From Acidobacteriota bacterium (GTDB taxonomy: Bacteria; Actinomycetota; Acidimicrobiia; ATN3): a stretch of 64,000 nucleotides of DNA. The notes below the pieces were generated by a model, which ran no database searches, was not told the origin of the DNA, and saw only the letters and a program-made list of their open reading frames with translations. Positions within the stretch are counted from its first letter, which is position 1. Every line of letters begins with the position of its first letter. This document shows, piece after piece, positions 17,923 to 26,715 of the stretch. The position numbers and the translations under genes are program-made. The stretch is taken from NCBI GenBank assembly GCA_003577105.1, contig QEUQ01000006.1:14286-78285 (forward strand). The letters run 5' to 3'.

Positions 17923-18609
17923 ATGGTTGAAATACCAGAACACCTGCTGAAGCGCTCGCAAGCAGCGCGAAACAAGGCCGAATCGGACGGCGACGAAGCT
18001 CCAGCTGAAGATGCGGCGCCAGAAGCCGCGGAGCCGGCCAAGGTCGCCACAGCCACAGAGGCCGCGCCGCCGAAGCCGAAGAAGTCCGGAAACGGCGGCG
18101 GAGCCGCAACCAAGCTCCACACCCACCGATTGCTCACGGTAGTCAAGTCGGGCTCTATTCAGCCGCCCAAACCCGCACCGGTGGACAAGGTCAACGTCTG
18201 GCCGCACCTACTGGTGATTGAGTTTCTTGCGCTCTTGGCCTGCATGGTGTTCCTGGTGCTCTTCAGCATCTTCGTAAACGCGCCCTTGCTCGAAGAGGCC
18301 AACTACAACAAGACGCCGAACCCGTCGAAAGCGCCCTGGTACTTCCTTGGCCTCCAAGAACTGCTGGCCTACTTCGATCCGATGATTGCGGGGGTGACGA
18401 TTCCAGGCATGGGTCTGATCGGTCTCGCGCTTGCGCCGTATATCGACAAGAACCCGAGCAATCACCCCGAAGACCGCAAGTTCGCGATAGCGCTCTTCAC
18501 CTTTTTCATGATGTTTTGGACGGTCCTGGTGATCATCGGGTCGTTCTTCAGAGGTCCGGGCTACAACTTCGCGTGGCCCTGGGCCGATGGGATCTACTTC
18601 GACTTATGA
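17923..18609 (+). CDS. Cytochrome b subunit IV (PetD/QcrC-like C-terminal part)
   Basis: VWPHLL, TPNPSKAPWYFLGLQELL (Qo motif variant), PYID; N-terminal tether identical in its first 16 aa to the protein at 10229-11062. Confidence 0.9.
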   Translation: MVEIPEHLLKRSQAARNKAESDGDEAPAEDAAPEAAEPAKVATATEAAPPKPKKSGNGGGAATKLHTHRLLTVVKSGSIQPPKPAPVDKVNVWPHLLVIEFLALLACMVFLVLFSIFVNAPLLEEANYNKTPNPSKAPWYFLGLQELLAYFDPMIAGVTIPGMGLIGLALAPYIDKNPSNHPEDRKFAIALFTFFMMFWTVLVIIGSFFRGPGYNFAWPWADGIYFDL

Positions 18610-18619
18610 GGTCAGACGC

Positions 18620-19438
18620 GTGACAACTCGCCAACTCCTCCTTATAGCAATACCCACAGGGCTCGCCTTGCTTGTTCTGTTTGGAATAGTCGTTGCCGCT
18701 TCGCGGCGAGAGTCTGACCTCGAGCTCGGGCGGGACGAGGCCGAACGCGAAGCAGCTCTGGCTGCAGTACCAGGCGGTTCCTCCTCGGGTAGCCGGACTC
18801 GCAAGAAGACCGCCCCTGGCAACGTCGAGATGGAGAAGGTCACGCCCAAGTTCGATCCCGAACTCGAAGGGATGACCAGGCGCCAGGTCCTGAACCGGGG
18901 GATCGTTCTCGCTGCGCTCACGGGCCTTGCGGCGTTCGGCGGTGCGTGCCTCGCCTTCCTTTGGCCCAAGCTCTCGGGGGGATTTGGCTCGGTGATATCG
19001 GCCGGCAATATCAATGAGATAAAGGCACAGATCAAGAACGACAAGGCGCCCTTCTACAACCCCAGCGGGCGCTTCTATCTGATGACCTATGAAACCGAGC
19101 TCGACAATGCCGAAGGGGAAGTGCTCTACCCGACAGTCTTCACGCAGTTCAAAGAGACGGGCCTAATTGCGATGTACCAGAAGTGCCCGCACCTCGGATG
19201 CAGAGTGCCGTGGTGCAGCACTTCGCAGTGGTTTGAGTGCCCTTGCCACGGATCGAAATACAACTCCGCTGGTGAATGGACAGGCGGACCGGCACCACGC
19301 GGCATGTGGCATTTCCCGATCAAGCTGAACGGCGAGCAAGTCTCGGTGGACACCGGAACTCAAGTTGAAGGCCCGCCGAAGGGCACCTCGACTCCGGTTA
19401 ATGCCGAAGCCAAAGGCCCGCACTGCGTCGGGATTTAG
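18620..19438 (+). CDS. Rieske 2Fe-2S subunit
   Basis: KCPHLGC and ECPCHGSKY; internal Tat motif MTRRQVL + TM; extra N-terminal TM; GTG start with GAGGT upstream. Confidence 0.93.
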   Translation: MTTRQLLLIAIPTGLALLVLFGIVVAASRRESDLELGRDEAEREAALAAVPGGSSSGSRTRKKTAPGNVEMEKVTPKFDPELEGMTRRQVLNRGIVLAALTGLAAFGGACLAFLWPKLSGGFGSVISAGNINEIKAQIKNDKAPFYNPSGRFYLMTYETELDNAEGEVLYPTVFTQFKETGLIAMYQKCPHLGCRVPWCSTSQWFECPCHGSKYNSAGEWTGGPAPRGMWHFPIKLNGEQVSVDTGTQVEGPPKGTSTPVNAEAKGPHCVGI

Positions 19439-19482
19439 AAGTAGCTGTAGGACTGAAAAATGTACGGAGACCGGACTAGCAA

Positions 19483-20445
19483 ATGAACTCAAGCTTGACC
19501 CTGATCCTCGTGGCCGGCGTCGTGCTCTTTCTCGGCGCTGGATTCCTGTTCTTCTCTGGAACAGGGCCGCGCAAACCGAAGAAGGTAATACCGGCAAATC
19601 AGAAGCGTTACCACGACGACGAAACCCTCGAGGGGCCTGTGCTCACCAAGATCCTCGGGTGGTCGCTCATCTTCACTTTCATGCTTGCAGCGGCGCTACC
19701 GCTCTATTGGCTGACGGAACCACAGCGCCAGGTCAGCTTTGCCGAGAAGTACAACCACAATGCGGCCGAACGCGGCAAGAAGTTCTTTGCGGACGCAAAG
19801 GAAGATCCGGAGGGATTCGGGTGCGCCACGTGCCACGGAGGCGTCAAGGGCGGAACGACCCGATACGTGCTGCTTTCGGGGCCGGAAGAAGGCCGTGAAG
19901 TCACGTGGACCGCGCCCGCGCTCGATGACATCTTCTATCGCTTCAGCCGCGATCAAGTGCATGACATCCTTGTATATGGGCGTCCAAACACACCGATGCC
20001 TGCCTGGGGATTGCGAGGCGGCGGCCCGATGACCGAGCAAATGCTCAACGACGTCATTTCCTATCTTGAATCGATTCAGACCGATCCTGAGACAGCCAAG
20101 CAGAATGCCGGCGGAGGACAGGGTCTCTCGGGTCAGAAGCTCTTCGAGAAGAATTGCGCGCGGTGCCATACGCAAGGGTGGAGCTACAGGTATCCGGACG
20201 TGACCTGGAACAAGCCGGTCGTCATGGGGCCGGCGGGTGGAGGTTCTTTTGGGCCGAACTTGCGGGGATCCGTAACCCGCCAGTTCTACGACCCCGCCGA
20301 TCAAGTCAAATTCGTCTCTGACGGAAGCCAGTTCGGCAAGGCATACGGGCAGAACGGAGTCGGAACTGGGCGCATGCCGGGCATGGGGAAGATCCTCGAT
20401 GAAAAGGACATCATGGCAATCGTCGAATATGAGCGGAGTCTGTAG
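19483..20445 (+). CDS. Membrane-anchored diheme cytochrome c
   Basis: CATCH and CARCH, PMPAW and RMPG Met ligands, two N-terminal TM segments. Confidence 0.92.
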   Translation: MNSSLTLILVAGVVLFLGAGFLFFSGTGPRKPKKVIPANQKRYHDDETLEGPVLTKILGWSLIFTFMLAAALPLYWLTEPQRQVSFAEKYNHNAAERGKKFFADAKEDPEGFGCATCHGGVKGGTTRYVLLSGPEEGREVTWTAPALDDIFYRFSRDQVHDILVYGRPNTPMPAWGLRGGGPMTEQMLNDVISYLESIQTDPETAKQNAGGGQGLSGQKLFEKNCARCHTQGWSYRYPDVTWNKPVVMGPAGGGSFGPNLRGSVTRQFYDPADQVKFVSDGSQFGKAYGQNGVGTGRMPGMGKILDEKDIMAIVEYERSL

Positions 20446-20976
20446 ATGTATCTGATAGCTTCAGCCGCAGCCTCAAAGCTCTCACCCACAGCGCTCTTCA
20501 TGCGCGGGGTGATCGTAGTCATCGCTGCTTTCGTGATCTTCGTCGGTTCGGTCTGGCTTGTCCTCATGACTGACGTCGGGGCCAAGAAGGCCATCATGCT
20601 CGTCTTGACGGTGCTTTTCGCATTTATCTCGATGCTCTCGTTGCTCTGGTTCAGATATCCACAGCAAGCGCCAACACCCCATGGAACAGTCTGCCTTGGC
20701 GGCAAGGTCAATCCGGCCTTCGAGGAGAATGGTGGTGCAGCCGGGGAATCGTCTGTCAGCGTCAAGAAGAATGTCGGTGGATCCGAAGTCGATGAGAAGA
20801 TCAGTGCCTGCGAATCTGGCGTCTTCTTTACGAAGTACTTCTACCCAACCATCTTCCTTGTGACCAGTATCGTCCTCTCGCTGATTTCGGCGACTGGGCT
20901 GAATCGGATTGAGAAGGCCGAGAAGCTCGCCGATGAACTCGAGGCCGCTGGCGAGCTAGAGGCCGCCACCGCCTAA
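20446..20976 (+). CDS. 3-TM hypothetical membrane protein, last gene of the bc operon
   Basis: Starts directly after the cytochrome c stop; three hydrophobic segments; Cys pair in the loop. Confidence 0.75.
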   Translation: MYLIASAAASKLSPTALFMRGVIVVIAAFVIFVGSVWLVLMTDVGAKKAIMLVLTVLFAFISMLSLLWFRYPQQAPTPHGTVCLGGKVNPAFEENGGAAGESSVSVKKNVGGSEVDEKISACESGVFFTKYFYPTIFLVTSIVLSLISATGLNRIEKAEKLADELEAAGELEAATA

Positions 20977-22278
20977 CTAGGTTGTCGAAGCAGCTGCCGC
21001 TGCGATGTCGCAGGTTCGCTCGATTTCGTCGCGACCATGGGCGAGGCTGACGAAGATCGCCTCAAAAGGCGAGGGCGCCAGTAGCACGCCCCGAGAAAGC
21101 ATTTCGCCGAAGAAGCGTGAATACATTGCTGAATCCGCCCTCTTGGCATCCTCGTAGTTCCTGACCGGCTCATTCAGGAAGAAGATCCCTGCTAGCGTAC
21201 CTTCCTGCTGGACTGTGAACTCCAAGCCGGTGCCCTCAAGCGCATTTGCCAGGCCTGCCGCAAGGAGTTCGACCCTTCCCTCAAGCATCTGGTAAGTCTC
21301 GGCGCTCAAATCTCCCAGTACGGCGAGGCTCGCCGCCGTTGCGACCGGATTACCCGAAAGGGTCCCTGCCTGATAGACATCACCAGATGGGGCAAGGCAC
21401 TCCATGATTTCGGCTCGACCACCGAAAGCTGCGAGGGGAAGTCCGCCTCCGATCACCTTTCCAAGCGTCGTCAAATCCGGAGCGACCGAGTAATACGCCT
21501 GGGCGCCACCCAGCGCCATGCGGAAGCCGGTAATCACTTCGTCGAAGATCAACAGAGCCTCGTGGGCGTTAGTGACGGCGCGAAGACGAGACAAGAAGCC
21601 TGGCTCTGGTGGCACCAGGCCCATGTTGGCCGCAACCGGCTCAACGATCACGGCAGCGATCTCGCTGCCGTGACGAACGAAAATCTCATCTACGGCATCG
21701 ATGTCGTTGTACGGCAGCACCACGGTCGAGGAGACGGCGCCCGCTGGCACGCCTGCGGATCCTGATATTCCGAGCGTCGCCACGCCGCTTCCCGCAGCAG
21801 CAAGAAGTGCGTCTGAATGCCCGTGATAGCAGCCATCGAACTTCACAATCAGATCTCGCCCGGTAAACCCTCTGGCCAACCTCACTGCGCTCATCGTTGC
21901 CTCGGTACCCGAACTCACGAGGCGCACTTCATCAAGAGAGGGGACAGCGTCGCAAAGCAGCTCCGCGAGTCGGACTTCGGCCTCGGTCAGCAATCCGAAC
22001 GAAGTCCCACGAGTCGCAGCTGCCGCGATCGCTTCGGCTACGGGCGGGTGGGCATGGCCAAAGATACTCGCCCCCCACGACTGTATGTAGTCGATGTATC
22101 GCCGACCATCGCTATCCCACAGGTACGCTCCCTCGGCGCGTTCAGCGACGATTGGCTCGCGACCGACCGATGCAAATGCCCTGACGGGTGAATTGACTCC
22201 CCCGGGGATTACCTGTGATGCGCGCTTGAAGATGCTGTTGCCCAGCCGGTCCTCGTCATGAGAGGGCACGTGCTGCAT
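20977..22278 (-). CDS. hemL: Glutamate-1-semialdehyde 2,1-aminomutase
   Basis: IPGGVNSPVRAF, SSGTEATMSA, GCYHGH, DEVITGFR, GKVIGGGLP, YQAGTLSGNP. Confidence 0.97.
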   Translation of the reverse strand: MQHVPSHDEDRLGNSIFKRASQVIPGGVNSPVRAFASVGREPIVAERAEGAYLWDSDGRRYIDYIQSWGASIFGHAHPPVAEAIAAAATRGTSFGLLTEAEVRLAELLCDAVPSLDEVRLVSSGTEATMSAVRLARGFTGRDLIVKFDGCYHGHSDALLAAAGSGVATLGISGSAGVPAGAVSSTVVLPYNDIDAVDEIFVRHGSEIAAVIVEPVAANMGLVPPEPGFLSRLRAVTNAHEALLIFDEVITGFRMALGGAQAYYSVAPDLTTLGKVIGGGLPLAAFGGRAEIMECLAPSGDVYQAGTLSGNPVATAASLAVLGDLSAETYQMLEGRVELLAAGLANALEGTGLEFTVQQEGTLAGIFFLNEPVRNYEDAKRADSAMYSRFFGEMLSRGVLLAPSPFEAIFVSLAHGRDEIERTCDIAAAAASTT

Positions 22279-23233
22279 CCTTGGCGAAATAGGTAATGAT
22301 CAAGTTCGCGCCAGCGCGCCTGATCGCGGTGAGACTCTCGATCATCACGGGCTCGGCATCGAGATAGCCTGCTTCAGTGGCGGCCTTCAGAGCCGAATAC
22401 TCCCCCGAGACCTGATATGCCGCCACTGGCAGAGTGGTAACCGCCTTTATGTCAGAGATGATGTCAAGGTAGTGACCGGCCGGCTTCACCATGAGAATGT
22501 CGGCACCCTCATCCTCATCGAGGAGTGCCTCTCTCACGGCCTCGCCTCGGTTTCGATAATCCATTTGATATGAGCGGCGATCGCCGAAAGCCGGGGCGCA
22601 CTCGGCGGCATCACGAAATGGTCCGTAGAAGGCGGAGGCAAACTTCACCGAGTAGGCCATGATTGGGGTCATCTTGAAGCCTGCCGAATCCAAGGCGCCA
22701 CGAATCGCCCCGACCTGCCCGTCCATCATGCCGCTTGGTGCAATCAGTCCTGAGCCTGCCGTGGCTTGAGATATAGCGATCTCCGCGTAGCGCTCCAAGG
22801 TGGCGTCATTGTCTACTGCGCCCGATTCGCCAAGTACCCCGCAATGTCCGTGATCTGTGAACTCGTCTAGGCACAAGTCCGTTGATATGAGCAGTTCTGA
22901 TCCGAATGCATCGGCAAGCTCCATTACGGCTCTCTGAACTATCCCGTCCCGATCTGAAGCCTCGCTTCCCTCCGGATCCTTCGTTTTGGGAATTCCAAAG
23001 AGGATCACGGCCCGAACTCCAGCAGAGAGGAGCTCCTCGGCTTCCTTTCGAAGGCTCCTGATGCTGTGCTTGGAAACGCCTGGCATCGTGGGAATGGGCT
23101 CGGGATCGGTGAGGGACTCCTTGACGAAAAGAGGCGCCACCAATTGGTCAGGGCTCAGCGCTGTCTCCGCCACCAAGTTGCGCGCAAGTGCAGTTGATCG
23201 GAGCCTCTGAGGGCGTGAATGTGGGAAGTTCAT
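22256..23233 (-). CDS. hemB: Porphobilinogen synthase
   Basis: DLCLDEFTDHGHCG, APSGMMDG, FYGPFRDA, MVKP, AYQVSGEY; true start MNFPHSRP at 23233 (the longer ORF overlaps the upstream gene). Confidence 0.96.
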   Translation of the reverse strand: MNFPHSRPQRLRSTALARNLVAETALSPDQLVAPLFVKESLTDPEPIPTMPGVSKHSIRSLRKEAEELLSAGVRAVILFGIPKTKDPEGSEASDRDGIVQRAVMELADAFGSELLISTDLCLDEFTDHGHCGVLGESGAVDNDATLERYAEIAISQATAGSGLIAPSGMMDGQVGAIRGALDSAGFKMTPIMAYSVKFASAFYGPFRDAAECAPAFGDRRSYQMDYRNRGEAVREALLDEDEGADILMVKPAGHYLDIISDIKAVTTLPVAAYQVSGEYSALKAATEAGYLDAEPVMIESLTAIRRAGANLIITYFAKDAARALS

Positions 23234-23252
23234 GGGGCAATCGTACCGATCA

Positions 23253-23741
23253 TCAACCGGCGGGAACACCGGGCCACGGGGTGGGATCCTTGCCGATGGC
23301 CGCGCGCGTGAGGGCAAGACCGTCGCCGATAGCGGCGACCGCTTGGGCCACCTGCCGCCTGACCGCTGAACCTGCCAAGTTGCCCAGACCTCTGACCATG
23401 ACGCCTGCACAGCCAATCTCGGCGTCATCGACAACCGCTGCGAGATCGTCGAGGGAGGCCGCGTCGGAAATTCTCTGCTTGAACTCAGGCGGCGGAGTAG
23501 GTGAGTGCGTGGCCTTATCCTGCTCGGCCGCAAGACTCGCCCAGACCGCCGCCCGGTGCTTGTTGGCTTCAGCCAACGCTGCAACTGACAGCTGGAACGA
23601 TCTCAAGCGAGCTAGTTCAGCCCCGTCTCCTCGGCGACTCGCTTCAACGGCGAGAGCATCCGCGGCGGTAGCAACATCGGAAAGCGCGCGCGCTGCCGAT
23701 TCCTCATGAGCCACGAATTGGGCGATCGCCGCTGAGCTCAT
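23253..23741 (-). CDS. Hypothetical helical protein, possibly degenerate ferritin-like
   Basis: ATGA overlap with the upstream gene; Ala-rich helices with HEE and EANKH. Confidence 0.55.
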   Translation of the reverse strand: MSSAAIAQFVAHEESAARALSDVATAADALAVEASRRGDGAELARLRSFQLSVAALAEANKHRAAVWASLAAEQDKATHSPTPPPEFKQRISDAASLDDLAAVVDDAEIGCAGVMVRGLGNLAGSAVRRQVAQAVAAIGDGLALTRAAIGKDPTPWPGVPAG

Positions 23742-24322
23742 GCGAATGCCACAATCGAGCGATCTGAGTCCAGCGCTACCCTCAGCGCGGCAACATGAGT
23801 TGAGTCCGCGAACAAGTTCGAAGACAGCACAGGGGTCAGACGTAGTGTCAACATGTCGGCAATCGCGTTGCGATAAGCACTCGTTAGGGCGATCTCCCCT
23901 TCGAGCAGCGTACTCAGCGCCCGCCGCTGATCGCCTAAGGGCGTGGGCAGCACGTAGCGCTCACGCGCCTCGCCCGCCTGCCCACCGGCGTCGTTAATCA
24001 AGCGCCTCAACGCTTCGGAGTGCGCCACATGATGCCCACGAATCTCGCCGGCAAGGCGGGCCAGGTCTGGATCGAGACGCTCCCCAGCAATCACCTCATT
24101 CGCCAGCGCAATCTCGCGCAACTCAAGCTGGAGCAGCGTGTTCAATGTGTCAAAGTCTGGTGAGCCCTCGGGAATTCGGGGTGGGACTACGCCTATCGGA
24201 GGGGCCGCGACCCGCTGCGGGGCACAAGCGCTGAGCACTGGAGCAAGTAGAACCAGACCTGAGCAGATCGCTGCGCCGCTCAGTAAGTCCCTCCTGGTTG
24301 GGAAGGTGGCGTCTTCAGACAT
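23738..24322 (-). CDS. Tat-exported lipoprotein with ferritin-like (DUF4439-type) domain
   Basis: TRRDLL twin-Arg, LSAC lipobox, helices with LELRE, HHVAH, EGE..Y, DSTHVAAL; start overlaps the cobA/hemD stop. Confidence 0.72.
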   Translation of the reverse strand: MSEDATFPTRRDLLSGAAICSGLVLLAPVLSACAPQRVAAPPIGVVPPRIPEGSPDFDTLNTLLQLELREIALANEVIAGERLDPDLARLAGEIRGHHVAHSEALRRLINDAGGQAGEARERYVLPTPLGDQRRALSTLLEGEIALTSAYRNAIADMLTLRLTPVLSSNLFADSTHVAALRVALDSDRSIVAFA

Positions 24323-25829
24323 TCCCGAAGGCAGACCTGAGCGCGTCAACCAATCCCTCGATCGTGTGAGATTGGGCGACAACCGTGGGCTCGATACCCA
24401 GATCGCGTGCAGTTGCCGCAGTTGCAGGCCCGATGCACGCAACGACACCTGGCACGCACTTGTCGCCCATCAAATCAACGTAGTTGAGTACCGTCGAGGA
24501 CGATGCGAACGTGACTGCATCGATCTCGCCGACCTCGATCTGTGCGCGAATTGCAGACGTGTCAGATTCGGCGAAAACCGTCCGGTAGGCGGCCACTTCT
24601 TCGACATCGAAGCCCCGTTCGCGCAGACCGTCAGGGAGTACTCGACGCCCTTCTTCTGCCCTTATCAGAAGGACGACCTCGCCACGGCCGCTCTCTGGAA
24701 GCTCCGCTAGTAGACCCTCTGACGTCGAAACGGAAGCGGTGATGTCTGGGGTAATCCCTGACCGCTCAAGGGCATCGGCGGTGGCGGGTCCAATTGCCCC
24801 GACCTTGACGCCGGCAAATGCCCTTGAATCCATGGCCAAGGCAGCCATGGCTGTTCGGGTTCGCTCGACCCCGTTTGTGCTCGCGAACAAGACCCATGAG
24901 AAGCCGCCGCCCCCAAGGCGCTCCAGCGCATCGGTCAAGGATTCGGGGCTCGACGCCTCCTCGATTGAGATCAATGGAAATGTGACGACATCTGCGCCGA
25001 GGTCTTCTAGTAACACTGCTAGGGCACTCGCTTGCTCGCGCGCCCGAGTCACGAGTACCCGCTTGCCCCAGAGCGGAAGCCTCTCGACCCACGCAATCTG
25101 TTCTCTGAGCGCGGTGACCTCCCCGACTACGACGGCCGCCGGCGCCTTCAACTTGAACCTAGATGCCTCCCGAGGCAGGTTCTCCAGGGTTGCCATCACC
25201 ACACGCTGCTCAGGTCTAGTGCCCCATTCGATTGCAGCAACAGGAGTCTTTGGATCGCGTCCAGCACCCACAAGTGCGCTGCAAATCTCTGGAAGAGAGC
25301 CCACAGACATCATGAGAACTAGAGTTCCACCCAGCCTGCCAAGGCTCTCCCAGTCGACTCCGCTGCTCTCGAAATCCTCGTGCCCGGTAACCAGCGTCAC
25401 AGAAGTTGAGATCCCCCTGTGGGTCACTGGAATCCCGGCATACGCGGGGGCAGCAATTCCCGAGGTGATTCCCGGAATCACTTCAAACGCGACACCGGCC
25501 TCAGCGCACGCCAGGGCTTCTTCTCCGCCACGGCCAAAGACGAACGGATCCCCGCCCTTGAGGCGAGCAACCCTCTTGCCTTCAAGTGCCTTCTGGACGA
25601 TCAGACGGTTGATCTCGTCTTGGCCGAGACCTGGATTGCCCGGCTCCTTCCCCGCGTTGATCAATTCCGCATCGGGATGTGCGTGAGCAAGCAGCTCTGG
25701 TGCAGCTAGCCGGTCGTAGACGATCACATTCGCCTCTCGCAACCTCCGAGCACCCTTCAGGGTGAGCAATTCCGGATCCCCGGGCCCGGCGCCGATCAGC
25801 GAGACGAAGGGCTCAGCCACCGGACTCAC
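24315..25829 (-). CDS. cobA: Fused uroporphyrinogen-III C-methyltransferase / uroporphyrinogen-III synthase (CobA-HemD)
   Basis: GAGPGDPELLTLKG, RLKGGDPFVFGRGGEE; C-terminal VLVTRA, FASTNGV, IGPATA, FASSS. Confidence 0.95.
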   Translation of the reverse strand: MSPVAEPFVSLIGAGPGDPELLTLKGARRLREANVIVYDRLAAPELLAHAHPDAELINAGKEPGNPGLGQDEINRLIVQKALEGKRVARLKGGDPFVFGRGGEEALACAEAGVAFEVIPGITSGIAAPAYAGIPVTHRGISTSVTLVTGHEDFESSGVDWESLGRLGGTLVLMMSVGSLPEICSALVGAGRDPKTPVAAIEWGTRPEQRVVMATLENLPREASRFKLKAPAAVVVGEVTALREQIAWVERLPLWGKRVLVTRAREQASALAVLLEDLGADVVTFPLISIEEASSPESLTDALERLGGGGFSWVLFASTNGVERTRTAMAALAMDSRAFAGVKVGAIGPATADALERSGITPDITASVSTSEGLLAELPESGRGEVVLLIRAEEGRRVLPDGLRERGFDVEEVAAYRTVFAESDTSAIRAQIEVGEIDAVTFASSSTVLNYVDLMGDKCVPGVVACIGPATAATARDLGIEPTVVAQSHTIEGLVDALRSAFGNV

Positions 25830-26715
25830 TCGCCAACTCGGTCAGCAATTGGCCAGCGCCGCGGCCAAGCAGCTCCTCCCCGAGGGCCGTACCGTCAACA
25901 ACGGGATCCTCGATCTCTCGCTTGCCTGCGATTACTTGGTGTCCATCGGGGGAGTGAACTGTCGCATTCAAGACCAGGCGGCCATTGCAGATCGAAGCGT
26001 GGGCTCCAACCGGAGCGGAGCACCCGCCCCCAATCGCATTCACGCAAGCTCGTTCGGCCATGACTGCAGCGCGAGCTCCCGGATTGTCGATCTCTCTGAC
26101 CAAGCCAGAGCACTCGCTGCCTTTCGCGATCTCGACAGCGATTGCGCCTTGGCCCTGAGCGGGGAGCATGATCGACGGATCAATTCGATCGACCAAGAGT
26201 TGTCTGGCCAGGTCGAGTCGGTCGAGCGCCACCGCACCGACGACTACGGCATCACTTGAGTCGAGCGCGCGAAGTCGCGTCTCAATGTTGCCCCTCAATC
26301 CCTGAAACGTTAGGTCCGGCCTGAACGCCGCGAGCTGAGCCCGCCTGCGCGGACTGCCGGTTGAGACGAGCGCTCCGGGAGCGAGACCATCGAGACTGCA
26401 GCCCACCAGCGCATCGCGCGGGTCGTCGCGAAAGGGAATGGCGGCAATCTCGAACCTTGGATCCAGCGCTGAAGGCATGTCTTTGGCCGAATGCACCGCC
26501 ACGTCAGCCCTGCCATCAGCTAGAGCGTCCTCCAGTGCCTTTGTGAAGACACCGGCCGAACCCATAGCGGGCAAGGGCGTAGTGCGATCCGAATCGCCTT
26601 TGGTGGTCACCGGCACGAGCTCAACCTCACCGCCACGGTTCCGGAGCAACGACGCAACAGTCTCCGCTTGAGCAAGTGCAAGCGGGCTGTTACGCGTCGC
26701 TATCCGAACCCGCAT
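25813..26715 (-). CDS. hemC: Hydroxymethylbilane synthase
   Basis: ATRNSPLALAQ, VHSAKDMP, LRGNIETR, GGGCSAPVG. Confidence 0.96.
   Translation of the reverse strand: MRVRIATRNSPLALAQAETVASLLRNRGGEVELVPVTTKGDSDRTTPLPAMGSAGVFTKALEDALADGRADVAVHSAKDMPSALDPRFEIAAIPFRDDPRDALVGCSLDGLAPGALVSTGSPRRRAQLAAFRPDLTFQGLRGNIETRLRALDSSDAVVVGAVALDRLDLARQLLVDRIDPSIMLPAQGQGAIAVEIAKGSECSGLVREIDNPGARAAVMAERACVNAIGGGCSAPVGAHASICNGRLVLNATVHSPDGHQVIAGKREIEDPVVDGTALGEELLGRGAGQLLTELASESGG

Noticed and set aside
23234-23584. Long N-terminal extension of HemB in the ORF track (similar cases: rex, resC, nuoA, fur, hydrolase, nuclease)
   Set aside because: Extensions overlap upstream genes or promoters and lack homology; better starts with an RBS or -10 lie downstream
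24739-25686. Long antisense ORFs (e.g. 24739-25686, 17239-18207, 41497-42246)
   Set aside because: Shadow frames of well-supported genes in high-GC DNA; no recognisable motifs
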